IMG/VR virus record: IMGVR_UViG_3300032770_000001
Coordinates: 186,001 to 250,000 of that record
Reading direction: 5' to 3' (one strand)
Length of the DNA: 64,000 nt
Positions 35,619 through 44,595 of the stretch are shown piece after piece (position 1 is the first letter of the stretch; the number at the start of each line of letters is the position of its first letter). A model generated the notes under the pieces. The model did not search any database. It saw nothing but the letters and a program-made list of their open reading frames with translations, and was not told the DNA's origin. A program made the translations under genes and the position numbers.

Positions 35619-36045
35619 GGCTGCTACCGTACCAGTGTTCGCAAACCGCGCCCCGTGGAACGAATTAGTTCTGCGTGGCAAGCGTCGAGTCAAGACCCTG
35701 AGTTTCAATTGGAAATATCGCGGTCCGATTCTTCTGTATACCTCCAAAGATCGCACCGACGATTGGGGTCTCTTCGAGTACCGCGTTCGCGGTCTCAAGA
35801 TGGCGGACATTCCGACTGGTGCAATCGTCGGCATCGCCGAAGTTGTAGACGTGGTGGAAACTGATGCGTTGCCGCAGACGTTTTATGACAAAGACCCGGC
35901 TCTGTTTGATACGCTCGGACAGTCCCACGTAGTCATCATCGACAACGTGAAGCGATTCAAGACTCCGGTTCCGTTCAAACCGCCGAAGGGTGCCATCCGC
36001 ATCATGAAAGCCCCGGCGTCCTTGCTCAAAAGAGCGACTGCATGA
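35599..36045 (+). CDS. ASCH-domain protein
   Basis: PW..LVLRGK...YRGPILLY...GAIVGIAEVVDV; the usual KxxExR motif is altered. Confidence 0.75.
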   Translation: MMKGCSKAATVPVFANRAPWNELVLRGKRRVKTLSFNWKYRGPILLYTSKDRTDDWGLFEYRVRGLKMADIPTGAIVGIAEVVDVVETDALPQTFYDKDPALFDTLGQSHVVIIDNVKRFKTPVPFKPPKGAIRIMKAPASLLKRATA

Positions 36046-36287
36046 ACGATCTACTCAGCTTCGAGGCTGGCGTCACCGACATAATCACTGGTAAGCCTCG
36101 CTGGACTGGCGAAGTCATCGACGTTGAATCGATGTCTATCGCTGAGGATGTGTTTACCGGGCGAGGATACTACCGCAATCTGGTGGTTCGTCGCGTCGGT
36201 GGGCATCTACCGACCGAACCCTGCTGTAGTCGTGAATCGCGCACCTTCGCTGGAGGGTGTACTTTTTGTGGAGACCCCTGTTTATGA
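36042..36287 (+). CDS. hypothetical protein
   Basis: ATGA overlaps; Cys-rich C-terminus. Confidence 0.55.
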   Translation: MNDLLSFEAGVTDIITGKPRWTGEVIDVESMSIAEDVFTGRGYYRNLVVRRVGGHLPTEPCCSRESRTFAGGCTFCGDPCL

Positions 36288-36655
36288 AACTTATGATTTT
36301 CGACCCCGGCACAAAGCCGCTGGAAGTTGAACTCGCCGACATCAACAATGCCCTACAGTACATCAACCACGCTCAGTATGGTGATTCAGGTTGGGCTGTT
36401 CTAAACGATGACGGCACTGTGTTCAAATCCGGCATGGTTGAGAACTTCAGTCTCAGCGAATTCCTACCTAGTTTCAAACAGGAAGCCCTCTGCGAGAAGT
36501 GCAACGTCAATCTGGGTGTTCAGTACAGCGAGAACGAAGCCGATCAGGTTGACGATGATCTTGCCAACCAGCATCGTGTTTACAGCAGCAAGTGCTCGAT
36601 GACGTATGGTTCTCAGTTCATCGTCAAGGGTGCCGTTGAGGAAGTGGAAGTATAG
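36284..36655 (+). CDS. hypothetical protein
   Basis: Start re-called at ATGA overlap behind GGAG; CEKC...H...C. Confidence 0.6.
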   Translation: MKLMIFDPGTKPLEVELADINNALQYINHAQYGDSGWAVLNDDGTVFKSGMVENFSLSEFLPSFKQEALCEKCNVNLGVQYSENEADQVDDDLANQHRVYSSKCSMTYGSQFIVKGAVEEVEV

Positions 36656-36666
36656 CACGAAAGTGA

Positions 36667-36697
36667 CTAACCGAAATTCCGAATTCATAGGTAGAAT
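36667..36697 (+). promoter_or_regulatory. phage promoter, CTAnC-N18-GGTAGAAT class
   Basis: CTAACC...AGGTAGAAT. Confidence 0.7.
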
Positions 36698-36714
36698 CTC
36701 CTCAGGGGGATTTT

Positions 36715-36882
36715 ATGAACTTCAAGTCGGAACTGCCGGAATCGATCTTGACGGGTGGGTTTTTTCTCCTACTTGCGTGCCTTCCAGTTGCCGCAGTCGT
36801 TTATGCTGGGTACGCATCTAAACCGAAAGAGCGCCCGGTGACGCTGGAAGATCAGTATCCCGATGAGCACCTTGGAGTCTAA
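36715..36882 (+). CDS. small membrane protein (55 aa)
   Basis: AGGGGG RBS; MNFKSELPESILTGGFFLLLACLPVAAVVYAG...; TAATG overlap; not in the ORF track. Confidence 0.6.
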   Translation: MNFKSELPESILTGGFFLLLACLPVAAVVYAGYASKPKERPVTLEDQYPDEHLGV

Positions 36883-37196
36883 TGCGTAGCTTCACCGTCG
36901 TTATTAACGACAAAGAAAGCGGAGCCTTCGCGTTCGAGGAGGGCTTCTCCGTGGCTGCGATGGATATCGTTGATGCCTCGATTAAAGCCAACGACATCTG
37001 CATGGCGGTATCTCAAACCATCCGTGAAGAAAAGCAGATGTACCCCCACATTAACCCCGATTTTATCCGGGTGGACAGCATCGCCGATCAGGGCGTCCTG
37101 CTTGGCAGCGATGCCAACACCCCGACTTCCACATGGATTTCCGAGTACGTTACTGATATACTAAAGCGGAACCTCCCTGAGGGCATTGATGACTGA
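36882..37196 (+). CDS. hypothetical protein
   Basis: GGAG RBS, overlap. Confidence 0.6.
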   Translation: MRSFTVVINDKESGAFAFEEGFSVAAMDIVDASIKANDICMAVSQTIREEKQMYPHINPDFIRVDSIADQGVLLGSDANTPTSTWISEYVTDILKRNLPEGIDD

Positions 37197-37440
37197 GAAG
37201 TTCGCTACCAAGTGCTTCTACCGCGAAAACGGGCTGCACTGCGAGTCTGGTTTGCTTTACCACTCCGACAGCGATAATGCCGCTCTGCTTGAGGGCACGA
37301 TGATGCATTGTCCCGCGTGCGAGGGCAAAGGTGTGATCTTGACTGATCTCGCCAAAGAGTTCATCACGTTTCTGCAAACACAAGGGCGACCGTTCATTTA
37401 TGAACTGGTCACGGAAATTCTGGAGGATAAACTGCGCTAG
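37189..37440 (+). CDS. small zinc-finger protein
   Basis: CESG...CPACEGKG (DnaJ-type CxxCxGxG). Confidence 0.6.
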   Translation: MTEKFATKCFYRENGLHCESGLLYHSDSDNAALLEGTMMHCPACEGKGVILTDLAKEFITFLQTQGRPFIYELVTEILEDKLR

Positions 37441-37442
37441 GT

Positions 37443-37718
37443 ATGCCTCGGTTCGAAGATGAATTTACGGACGAATTGATCCACAAGCACGAGATGGAGT
37501 ATATCCATCCGGAGCCGTTCGATCCTCCCGACTACGGGTACGATTACGAGGAGCCTGTGGAGGGTGAGTTCGAGCATTACGAGGGTGACGAAGGCGTCAA
37601 GCCGGAAGAACCTGACACGATCTGCAAGACCTGTGACGGCACCGGGGAGTTTCCGGACGATCATTTGTGCAAGGATTGCCAAGGCAAGGGCTACACCACG
37701 CCTGAGCCGAAGAAGTAG
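37443..37718 (+). CDS. acidic protein with DnaJ-type zinc finger
   Basis: D/E-rich N-terminus; CKTCDGTG and CKDCQGKG. Confidence 0.65.
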   Translation: MPRFEDEFTDELIHKHEMEYIHPEPFDPPDYGYDYEEPVEGEFEHYEGDEGVKPEEPDTICKTCDGTGEFPDDHLCKDCQGKGYTTPEPKK

Positions 37719-37737
37719 GCTTTCCGGTTCTTTAGTA

Positions 37738-38181
37738 GTGAATCCCCTGCTCAAATCCGCCGCCAAAATAACCCCTGAATTACAGGCGTTCATGGATGAA
37801 TTTTATGCCGGGACGCAATCGAGCCCTATGCGGTCCGCCGACCGAATCTGGCGGGGTAAGGTCATGATTGAAGCACGCCCGTTCGACAAGCGAATCCACA
37901 TTTCCGACATCCTGTCGTTAGAGCGCGGTCAGAAGAATGCTTCCCAAGCGTTACAGTGGCTCTGTAGCCTCGCGGACAAGCACGGGGTGGGTATGAGCCT
38001 AGTCCCCAAAGCTCACGGCACAGGCGGTCTGGATGATGCCCAATTGAGAGCGTGGTACATCCGTTACGGTTTCCAGCCGCACATGGGCTCCAAGCTCGTC
38101 CGGGAGCCGCGCACGACCCTGAAGCTTTCCCCCGGCAAGATGAAAGTCATTCCCATCAATCCGCAAAGTGATGAAAAATAA
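37738..38181 (+). CDS. GNAT-like acetyltransferase
   Basis: IHISDI...RGQKNASQAL..L...AD, LRAWY.RYGF; start re-called at GTG 37738. Confidence 0.65.
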   Translation: MNPLLKSAAKITPELQAFMDEFYAGTQSSPMRSADRIWRGKVMIEARPFDKRIHISDILSLERGQKNASQALQWLCSLADKHGVGMSLVPKAHGTGGLDDAQLRAWYIRYGFQPHMGSKLVREPRTTLKLSPGKMKVIPINPQSDEK

Positions 38182-38201
38182 GGGAATATAGTCCCAAAAA
38201 A

Positions 38202-38232
38202 CTACCTTTTCTGAGCCTCCCGCTGGTATAAT
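38202..38232 (+). promoter_or_regulatory. phage promoter, CTAnC-N18-GGTATAAT class (leaderless)
   Basis: CTACC...CTGGTATAAT; ATG at 38239. Confidence 0.75.
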
Positions 38233-38238
38233 AGAGGC

Positions 38239-38751
38239 ATGAACAACGATCACCTGCCAGAGTCGAATTACTTGCGAGGCGAACGCGAGGCCGAACTGAA
38301 AGCTCTCGATCCCCGCAGTGCCGAACAGGACGCTTTCGGCGACCTCTTGCTGGAGCAGGCTTACATCGAGAGCAACTGGACTTTCTCAGTCGAATCGGAA
38401 CTCGCCGTCGTCGGCCACGATCCTGAGTACGCCGATATGGACAATCCTCGCGGCGAGATCGTCCGCAATCGCTACTTCATGGTCGGCACCACCCCTAACG
38501 GTCGGCAGTATCGCTTCGGTTGGGAGCGCACGCCGGAACTGGCGGAAGCTGCCTTCCGGTATCTGGCTCCTCCGGTCGAACAATGGTCTTTGTGGCGCTG
38601 CATCTACGGCTCCGACGCCTACGTGCAGGACAATTGCGAACTTCAACAGCTTCGCGATGAAATGGACGAAGATTTCCGTGGCACCGGACGCGACTGGATG
38701 GTCGAGGCTCCCGAAGTTGCTGCTCGGATGATTAACGCGGGGGTGTTGTGA
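38239..38751 (+). CDS. hypothetical protein
   Basis: Directly behind the promoter. Confidence 0.65.
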   Translation: MNNDHLPESNYLRGEREAELKALDPRSAEQDAFGDLLLEQAYIESNWTFSVESELAVVGHDPEYADMDNPRGEIVRNRYFMVGTTPNGRQYRFGWERTPELAEAAFRYLAPPVEQWSLWRCIYGSDAYVQDNCELQQLRDEMDEDFRGTGRDWMVEAPEVAARMINAGVL

Positions 38752-39233
38752 TGAAACGCATCTACCTCAACTTCGAGCACCAGAGCACGCATTCGCCGAC
38801 CGAGCCCCGCATGTACACCGTGGACTATGAGTCGGACACCTTTCTGACGGTAACCACGAATTACGGTCACGGCGTGAAAAGCACCATGAACCTGACCAAG
38901 AACGCGGACGGCACGTTTCAGAACGAGCATCGCGTGCGGTTCGTGAAGGTCAAGCCGGATATGCGCAAGAAGCCTTTCTCGGTCGAGAGCCAAGAAGAGG
39001 GTCGCGGTCCGAAAACCGTTCGCAAGTTTGCCACGGTCGAGGAGATTCGCACTTACGTCAAGGGTCACTGGCAGGGATGGGAGTATTACGACGGCGGCAA
39101 CAGCTTCCACAGCGACTACTGCACCTTCACCGTCAAGGGCGTGAATCTCGCCGATCTGGTTCCGCCACGTGAGGAATTCGAGCGAGACGCATTTTTCTCC
39201 AAGATGGAAGAACTCCACGGAGGGACGAACTAA
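38751..39233 (+). CDS. hypothetical protein
   Basis: TGATG overlap. Confidence 0.65.
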   Translation: MKRIYLNFEHQSTHSPTEPRMYTVDYESDTFLTVTTNYGHGVKSTMNLTKNADGTFQNEHRVRFVKVKPDMRKKPFSVESQEEGRGPKTVRKFATVEEIRTYVKGHWQGWEYYDGGNSFHSDYCTFTVKGVNLADLVPPREEFERDAFFSKMEELHGGTN

Positions 39234-39469
39234 TGAAACGCATCGCCACTAATCGCGTACCGGAGCTTCTATCCACTACGCTCCTGAGTGCGATTCCCGT
39301 TCCTTTCAAGATCAACATGGAGCCGGAGATTCAGATTCTTGGCGGCGACCGCCGCAAGGGAATGCTGTCAGTCGAAGTCAGCATCATCACCGACTTGCCT
39401 GCGGATGAACTGCGTGCCGCGCTGGTCGAAGCCGGGTTTTGGGAAGGGTTGGAGTACGTAGCGGCATAG
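39233..39469 (+). CDS. hypothetical protein
   Basis: GGAGG RBS, TAATG overlap. Confidence 0.6.
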   Translation: MKRIATNRVPELLSTTLLSAIPVPFKINMEPEIQILGGDRRKGMLSVEVSIITDLPADELRAALVEAGFWEGLEYVAA

Positions 39470-39480
39470 TGGGGGTTTTA

Positions 39481-39687
39481 GTGAGACGAATCGTGGAACT
39501 GGTAGCGACGATCACCGTCGAGTTTGCGGAAGATGCGACGGTGAAACAAATGCTTGAACTGCGGGAGAGAATCTCGCAGGCAGTACAGCCCGTGATTTTC
39601 GGGCACGATACCGAAGCGATACGGCGTAGCGCAGGACACCATTACGATCTGCACTATCGCGACATCATGCGCGACGAGGAGCGTTGA
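39481..39687 (+). CDS. hypothetical protein
   Basis: GGGGG RBS before GTG. Confidence 0.5.
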   Translation: MRRIVELVATITVEFAEDATVKQMLELRERISQAVQPVIFGHDTEAIRRSAGHHYDLHYRDIMRDEER

Positions 39688-39688
39688 T

Positions 39689-39964
39689 ATGGACAAACCA
39701 GTAATCCTGCTTTCATTCAACAGTTTTGGCACGGCTGGCGGACGCCGGGGTTGCTACGAGGCGCACCTGAAAGATCGCTTTGGCGTTTGGGGAGCCGGAA
39801 CCACAGCAGAGTCCGCCGTCGAAAGCTGTGCACGCACGGCGAAATCATTCGAGATCGACGACCTGCATACCGAGAACCCCGCCGACTACGTCGTCATGGT
39901 CACGGATTTGAAGTCCTTTCCATCGAACAAAGATTTCGATTTGCGGTTGGCAGAACTTATCTAA
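39689..39964 (+). CDS. hypothetical protein
   Basis: GAGGAG RBS. Confidence 0.6.
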   Translation: MDKPVILLSFNSFGTAGGRRGCYEAHLKDRFGVWGAGTTAESAVESCARTAKSFEIDDLHTENPADYVVMVTDLKSFPSNKDFDLRLAELI

Positions 39965-40002
39965 GTCGCTTGTCAACGAGTCTATTGGGGTAGGAGGGTT
40001 GT

Positions 40003-40965
40003 ATGGCGAAAATTCAATATCTCAACAAGCGGCTCAGCGAAAAGAAGCTGGCACTGATCGACCTCTGCAACGAGATCATTGCGACCTATCAGGCGCAGAA
40101 CTTGCGGCTGACGCTCCGGCAGCTTTACTACAGGCTCGTTGCTCGTGGAGTGATTCCAAACATCCAGAGCGAATACAAAAACCTTGGCGATGTCCTGAAC
40201 GATGCCCGGTTGTGCGGACTGATAGATTGGGACGCCATCGAAGATCGTACCCGCGAACTCGGACAAAACTCGCATTGGGATACGCCTTCAAACATCATCG
40301 AATCGGCTCGTGACAGCTACTTGAACGACCTGTGGAAGTTTCAGCCGATCCGCCCGGAAGTGTGGGTCGAGAAGGACGCCTTGGAGGGCGTCATCGAAGC
40401 AGCTTGCCGACCACTGGACGTGCCGTTCTTCTCCTGTCGTGGCTATACCAGCCAGACGGCGATGTGGGAAGCGGGGCAACGCATTCTCCGGCGTCGTCGC
40501 AACATCACGACCTATGAGGGAGAGCACAAGCGCAAGAATGGGAATGAATTCCGGCAGCGCACGCTGATCTTTCATCTTGGCGATCACGATCCGTCCGGTA
40601 TCGACATGACTCGTGACATCACCGACCGCCTTGAACTGTTCAATGGAGCCCCGGTGGAGATTCGCCGTCTGGCTCTGAACATGCCTCAGATCGACAAATA
40701 CAACCCGCCGCCGAACCCGGCTAAGACCACGGACTCGCGGTTCCGGTCGTATCAAGAAAAGCACGGCGACGAGAGTTGGGAGTTGGATGCGCTCGATCCC
40801 AATGTGCTCATCGCCCTGATCCAGTCCAACATCCGCAGCGTCATGGATGTGCCCCGCTTCGAGGAAGCGAAGGCGATTCAGGAGAAGGGACGCACTGAGC
40901 TAACGGCGATTGCCGAGAAGTACGACAAGGCGGTCAAAGCTGTGTTAGGTAAGAGCGGCAAATGA
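40003..40965 (+). CDS. Toprim-domain protein (Topo VI-A/Spo11/DUF2399-like)
   Basis: TLRQLYYRLV winged-helix part, EVWVEKDAL, CRGY.S, HLGDHDPSGIDM, ELDAL. Confidence 0.8.
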   Translation: MAKIQYLNKRLSEKKLALIDLCNEIIATYQAQNLRLTLRQLYYRLVARGVIPNIQSEYKNLGDVLNDARLCGLIDWDAIEDRTRELGQNSHWDTPSNIIESARDSYLNDLWKFQPIRPEVWVEKDALEGVIEAACRPLDVPFFSCRGYTSQTAMWEAGQRILRRRRNITTYEGEHKRKNGNEFRQRTLIFHLGDHDPSGIDMTRDITDRLELFNGAPVEIRRLALNMPQIDKYNPPPNPAKTTDSRFRSYQEKHGDESWELDALDPNVLIALIQSNIRSVMDVPRFEEAKAIQEKGRTELTAIAEKYDKAVKAVLGKSGK

Positions 40966-41408
40966 GCCACGGCAATCGGAATTATAGACAGTGCAAGCGA
41001 CTGTTTGCGCAACAGGGCGGTCTGTGTCATTACTGCAAGGAACCGATGACGCTAGAACGCCCGACCCGGCACAAAAAGGTTGCCGACAACATGGCGACCA
41101 TCGAGCACCTTGAGGATCGTTATGATCCCAACCGGGGGAAGTTCGCCGGACAAAAGCGACATGTGGTCGCCTGTCACAAATGCAACAACGGTCGGAACTC
41201 GGTCCGACAAGCAGACCCCACGGTTGTGTCCAGAGCCGAGCTACGTCGAAGGTCGAGATCGAGTTCTCGGTGGGTGACTTTACGATGGTATCGCTGGCTC
41301 TGGAAGTCGTTTTACCAATGGGTAGTTGACATCTGTTCTCATTCGCGGTATTTTCCGAAATATGGCAAAGCGCAAATCCCGTCCCGCCGACCTGTTGTCT
41401 GCTCCTGA
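40962..41408 (+). CDS. HNH endonuclease
   Basis: QQGGLCHYC, ATIEH, VACHKCNN. Confidence 0.8.
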   Translation: MSHGNRNYRQCKRLFAQQGGLCHYCKEPMTLERPTRHKKVADNMATIEHLEDRYDPNRGKFAGQKRHVVACHKCNNGRNSVRQADPTVVSRAELRRRSRSSSRWVTLRWYRWLWKSFYQWVVDICSHSRYFPKYGKAQIPSRRPVVCS

Positions 41409-41631
41409 ATTGATCGAAGAGGCTGAACTGTCCGGCGAGACTCCGGAAAAGTTTCTTGCTCGATTGCAGGATGATGCTTATGACCGTGAAATGCACCCCT
41501 ACGACCTGTTGCTCGAAATCCGCGAATGCCGCGAAGCCGACAGTCGCATGGTGGTGATCGATGCCAAGAAGCTGGCTGAAATGCAGGCTGGTAACGGTGA
41601 CCCCATCATTGAAGAGCCCGTAACCTATTGA
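41362..41631 (+). CDS. hypothetical protein
   Basis: Start re-called at ATG 41362; acidic. Confidence 0.55.
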   Translation: MAKRKSRPADLLSAPELIEEAELSGETPEKFLARLQDDAYDREMHPYDLLLEIRECREADSRMVVIDAKKLAEMQAGNGDPIIEEPVTY

Positions 41632-41658
41632 AAACAGGGCTCAAATAACCACAAAATC

Positions 41659-41689
41659 CTAGCTTTTTCAGACTCTCCGCTGGTAGAAT
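41659..41689 (+). promoter_or_regulatory. phage promoter, CTAnC-N18-GGTAGAAT class
   Basis: CTAGC...CTGGTAGAAT. Confidence 0.75.
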
Positions 41690-41706
41690 ATGGGCAGGGG
41701 GAAACT

Positions 41707-42138
41707 ATGGGCACAGTCATCACCGTCCTCGTAATTTTGGCGATTATCGGCGGCATCTTCGTGATGCTGCTCAATTCACCAGTCGGCGACCGCAAGACTG
41801 GTTACACGAGCGAGTGGTGCGAACGTTACATCGGTCGCATCAAGGTCGGCGGCGAAGAAATGACTGGACGCTACTCCGGGCTGATGTCAGATGGAAAGCG
41901 CAGCTACGACGCCTACATCGTCATGACGCGCAATGACGATTTGAATCCGCCCTATCAACTTTCGCGCACGATTCAATGTCCCGACTGCCAGATGATTGTG
42001 TTTCCTATTGGCGGCTGTCGTTGCAATGTGACGCGGGGAACCGACGATAAATGGCTCAAGCCGCTTCCGACCTTCAAGAAAACCGCACCGTGCTCGTTGG
42101 CGCATGAATACTTCGTGGGTTGGCCGGAGAAAGCGTAA
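41707..42138 (+). CDS. membrane-anchored hypothetical protein
   Basis: AGGGGG RBS; N-terminal TM; CPDC...CRC. Confidence 0.65.
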   Translation: MGTVITVLVILAIIGGIFVMLLNSPVGDRKTGYTSEWCERYIGRIKVGGEEMTGRYSGLMSDGKRSYDAYIVMTRNDDLNPPYQLSRTIQCPDCQMIVFPIGGCRCNVTRGTDDKWLKPLPTFKKTAPCSLAHEYFVGWPEKA

Positions 42139-42671
42139 TGAACTCGTCTCAATTCACGGAACGTTTCGGCGACCCGGCGAATTATCGATTCAACGGAAAG
42201 TGCTTCGACACAGGCACAGACGGCAAGATGCACTGTGACGTTTGCAACCGGGTCATCCGCTACGTGTACATCATCGTGAAGGAAGGACAGGAGCGCGAAA
42301 AGCTGCAAGTCGGCTCGTGTGAGATCGTCACATTCGAACAGATCGGTCACGCGAAGCTGGCGGCGGCGTTGACGAGCGCCAAAGCGTATCTCGAAGTCAC
42401 AGTCGAAGCGAAAGAGCACGCAATCAAGCTGTACAGCCGTCGTGATCGGAAGCAGGCGTTGCTAAAAGAGTGGCGAAAGATCAAACGTCAAGCACTGAGT
42501 CAGGTGCGCAAGCAACGGCAGACAGCGGACTATGAACGCCTCGGTCGCCTGTTCGAGTTGGAATTGATTGCAAAGAAGCCCCTCCCCCTGTACAAAAAGC
42601 ACGGTCTGACGGTCCGCTGGTTGGAGTTTCAGATCGGTGAAATGCAGACCAAGATGGCAAAAGTCGTCTAA
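42138..42671 (+). CDS. hypothetical protein
   Basis: TAATG overlap; CDVC..VIRY...VGSC. Confidence 0.65.
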   Translation: MNSSQFTERFGDPANYRFNGKCFDTGTDGKMHCDVCNRVIRYVYIIVKEGQEREKLQVGSCEIVTFEQIGHAKLAAALTSAKAYLEVTVEAKEHAIKLYSRRDRKQALLKEWRKIKRQALSQVRKQRQTADYERLGRLFELELIAKKPLPLYKKHGLTVRWLEFQIGEMQTKMAKVV

Positions 42672-42695
42672 TCGAGTATTTTACAGGAGAGGATT

Positions 42696-42998
42696 ATGGA
42701 CAACGTCTATCAGATCAGGGTCAACGGCAAGATCGTAAAGCACCTTCGGGTACAGAACGAACTGGTTGATGGAATGCCAATCGGCAAACAGCAGATCGCC
42801 ATCGAAGATTCGATGGTGGGCTGGATCACCCTCGATGACAACAGCAACCTTCTCCCCGGCCTGCCTCAGTTCGTAATTGAAATGCGGGACGCGACCATTC
42901 CGCCGATTGAGCGCCGATACCTGCCCAACAAGGGCTGGCAAAAGACTTCCGTGGCAAACCTGTTGTATCGTTTAGAAGCTACCGGGGTCTTAAAGTAG
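42696..42998 (+). CDS. hypothetical protein
   Basis: AGGAGAGG RBS. Confidence 0.65.
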   Translation: MDNVYQIRVNGKIVKHLRVQNELVDGMPIGKQQIAIEDSMVGWITLDDNSNLLPGLPQFVIEMRDATIPPIERRYLPNKGWQKTSVANLLYRLEATGVLK

Positions 42999-43014
42999 GA
43001 GGGTAGTTCCCCCA

Positions 43015-43272
43015 ATGGGTTTCTTAGACGACTACGAAGAGGACGAGCGCCCACGTCGCCGCCGCAAACGCGGCAGTGAGGATGACGACAGGGTGGGTTT
43101 CGGCTGGCAGGATATGGTCGCCGGACTCGATCCCGATGCTGAGCCGGAAGAAGAGGAAGAGCCCCTCGAAGAAGAGGATGAAATGCAGGAACTCGAAGTG
43201 GACGACCACGGTCGTATCCGCAATCAGAGTTCTCTCGATTCTAGTTTTTGGGACGAAGAATCCGAGGAATAA
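43015..43272 (+). CDS. highly acidic small protein
   Basis: AGGAGG RBS; D/E-rich. Confidence 0.6.
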   Translation: MGFLDDYEEDERPRRRRKRGSEDDDRVGFGWQDMVAGLDPDAEPEEEEEPLEEEDEMQELEVDDHGRIRNQSSLDSSFWDEESEE

Positions 43273-43551
43273 ATGAAAAGGAAAGCTGCGACAGTCGCGC
43301 TTTTGTGTTTTCTAGTTGGGTTTCTTTCCCTCTACATCTATCAGTCTGTGCGCGACCTCAAGCACGAGATGTCAATCAAGATGCAGCCCGTGAAACCGAA
43401 CGCGCAGTTCCAGTTCGGATATCCTCCAACGACGACATGGCCTACGGTTCCACCAAGCATCAAAGCACCGAAGCCGCAACCACCGCAGGAACCTCGCTTC
43501 GCACCATGCTATGATGAACGGTGTAAGGCACGACAGGTGATCCTGATATGA
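43273..43551 (+). CDS. membrane-anchored hypothetical protein
   Basis: GAGGA RBS; N-terminal TM; Pro-rich. Confidence 0.6.
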   Translation: MKRKAATVALLCFLVGFLSLYIYQSVRDLKHEMSIKMQPVKPNAQFQFGYPPTTTWPTVPPSIKAPKPQPPQEPRFAPCYDERCKARQVILI

Positions 43552-43853
43552 CAATAGCTGAAACATCCACAACACCGGAGCAACGCCGCGAGATGTACAC
43601 CGCGATCTCACCAGAGGTCAAGGCACCAGTGTTGGCAATCCTCCAGAACATGTTGGAACCGATTGCGCCGGAGATTAGAATTGACTTCGCAAAAGACCCG
43701 GCGAATTGGTGGAAGCGCGGTCACTTCCATTTTGGACTTGCGGTCCGGAATCAACTTCGCCGCAAAGGGTATGACGCCTCCTACTTCGGCGTTGAGAACC
43801 TCGATGACATTTACGTTTACCTCGTCGAGGATGCTTTGCAACTCCACGCATAG
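43548..43853 (+). CDS. hypothetical protein
   Basis: ATGA overlap; HFHFGLAVRNQLR...DD motif. Confidence 0.65.
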   Translation: MTIAETSTTPEQRREMYTAISPEVKAPVLAILQNMLEPIAPEIRIDFAKDPANWWKRGHFHFGLAVRNQLRRKGYDASYFGVENLDDIYVYLVEDALQLHA

Positions 43854-43885
43854 CTGGTATTATTCAGGTAGGAGAGAAACCTACC

Positions 43886-44131
43886 ATGAGCCACAAGAAC
43901 GATCCCGATTACCACGACGTTCGCGCCAAGATTCTCCTCGAAGCAGCCCAACACCTTGAGACCGAAGCCGATGAAAAATTCGGCACGGAGCACTTCGGTT
44001 TCATTGAAGCCGCCAAGGAACTTCGCCGTCTGGCGTCCAACGCCCGTAAAGAACACGCCAAGGTGCGCGACCGCAAGCGTCGTGCGACACGAGCAAAGGA
44101 AGTCAAGAAAGCGTTGGAGGCTTGGAGCTAA
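43886..44131 (+). CDS. hypothetical protein
   Basis: AGGAG RBS. Confidence 0.6.
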   Translation: MSHKNDPDYHDVRAKILLEAAQHLETEADEKFGTEHFGFIEAAKELRRLASNARKEHAKVRDRKRRATRAKEVKKALEAWS

Positions 44132-44595
44132 TGGCTAAAACTCAATTGGAACTGGAAGTCGAGCAACAGGAACTCGATGCACAGAAGAAGAGACTCGCCG
44201 CCGAAAAGAAGGCAGTCGAGGACGCCGAGAAGAACCGCATCTGGTCACGCAATCGATTTCGCGAAGCCACGGAGCCTCTGGTCGAATGGGCGGGGGCTGA
44301 GTATACGGGCGATGAATCTCTGAAGTTTACTTTCCGTGGCATTGATTACGTATTGTCAGTAGATTCTCATTGGGTTGAGGGCGACAACGAGAGCGGAATG
44401 CCAGATCATTGGTTTTCGGCGTTTTATCTTCACAGCAAGGGTAAGGAAGCCCACGTCGCCAATAGTGTGGAGGATTTCAAGCCGGATCGCGACGGTCGGT
44501 GGGGCTATCACTGTGGCCCGATCAAAGAGCGCGTCATCGCGTGCATCAAAGAAATCGACGAAGAGGTCGAGCGTGACAAACACCGTCGCTACTAA
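44131..44595 (+). CDS. hypothetical protein
   Basis: TAATG overlap, GGAG RBS. Confidence 0.65.
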   Translation: MAKTQLELEVEQQELDAQKKRLAAEKKAVEDAEKNRIWSRNRFREATEPLVEWAGAEYTGDESLKFTFRGIDYVLSVDSHWVEGDNESGMPDHWFSAFYLHSKGKEAHVANSVEDFKPDRDGRWGYHCGPIKERVIACIKEIDEEVERDKHRRY

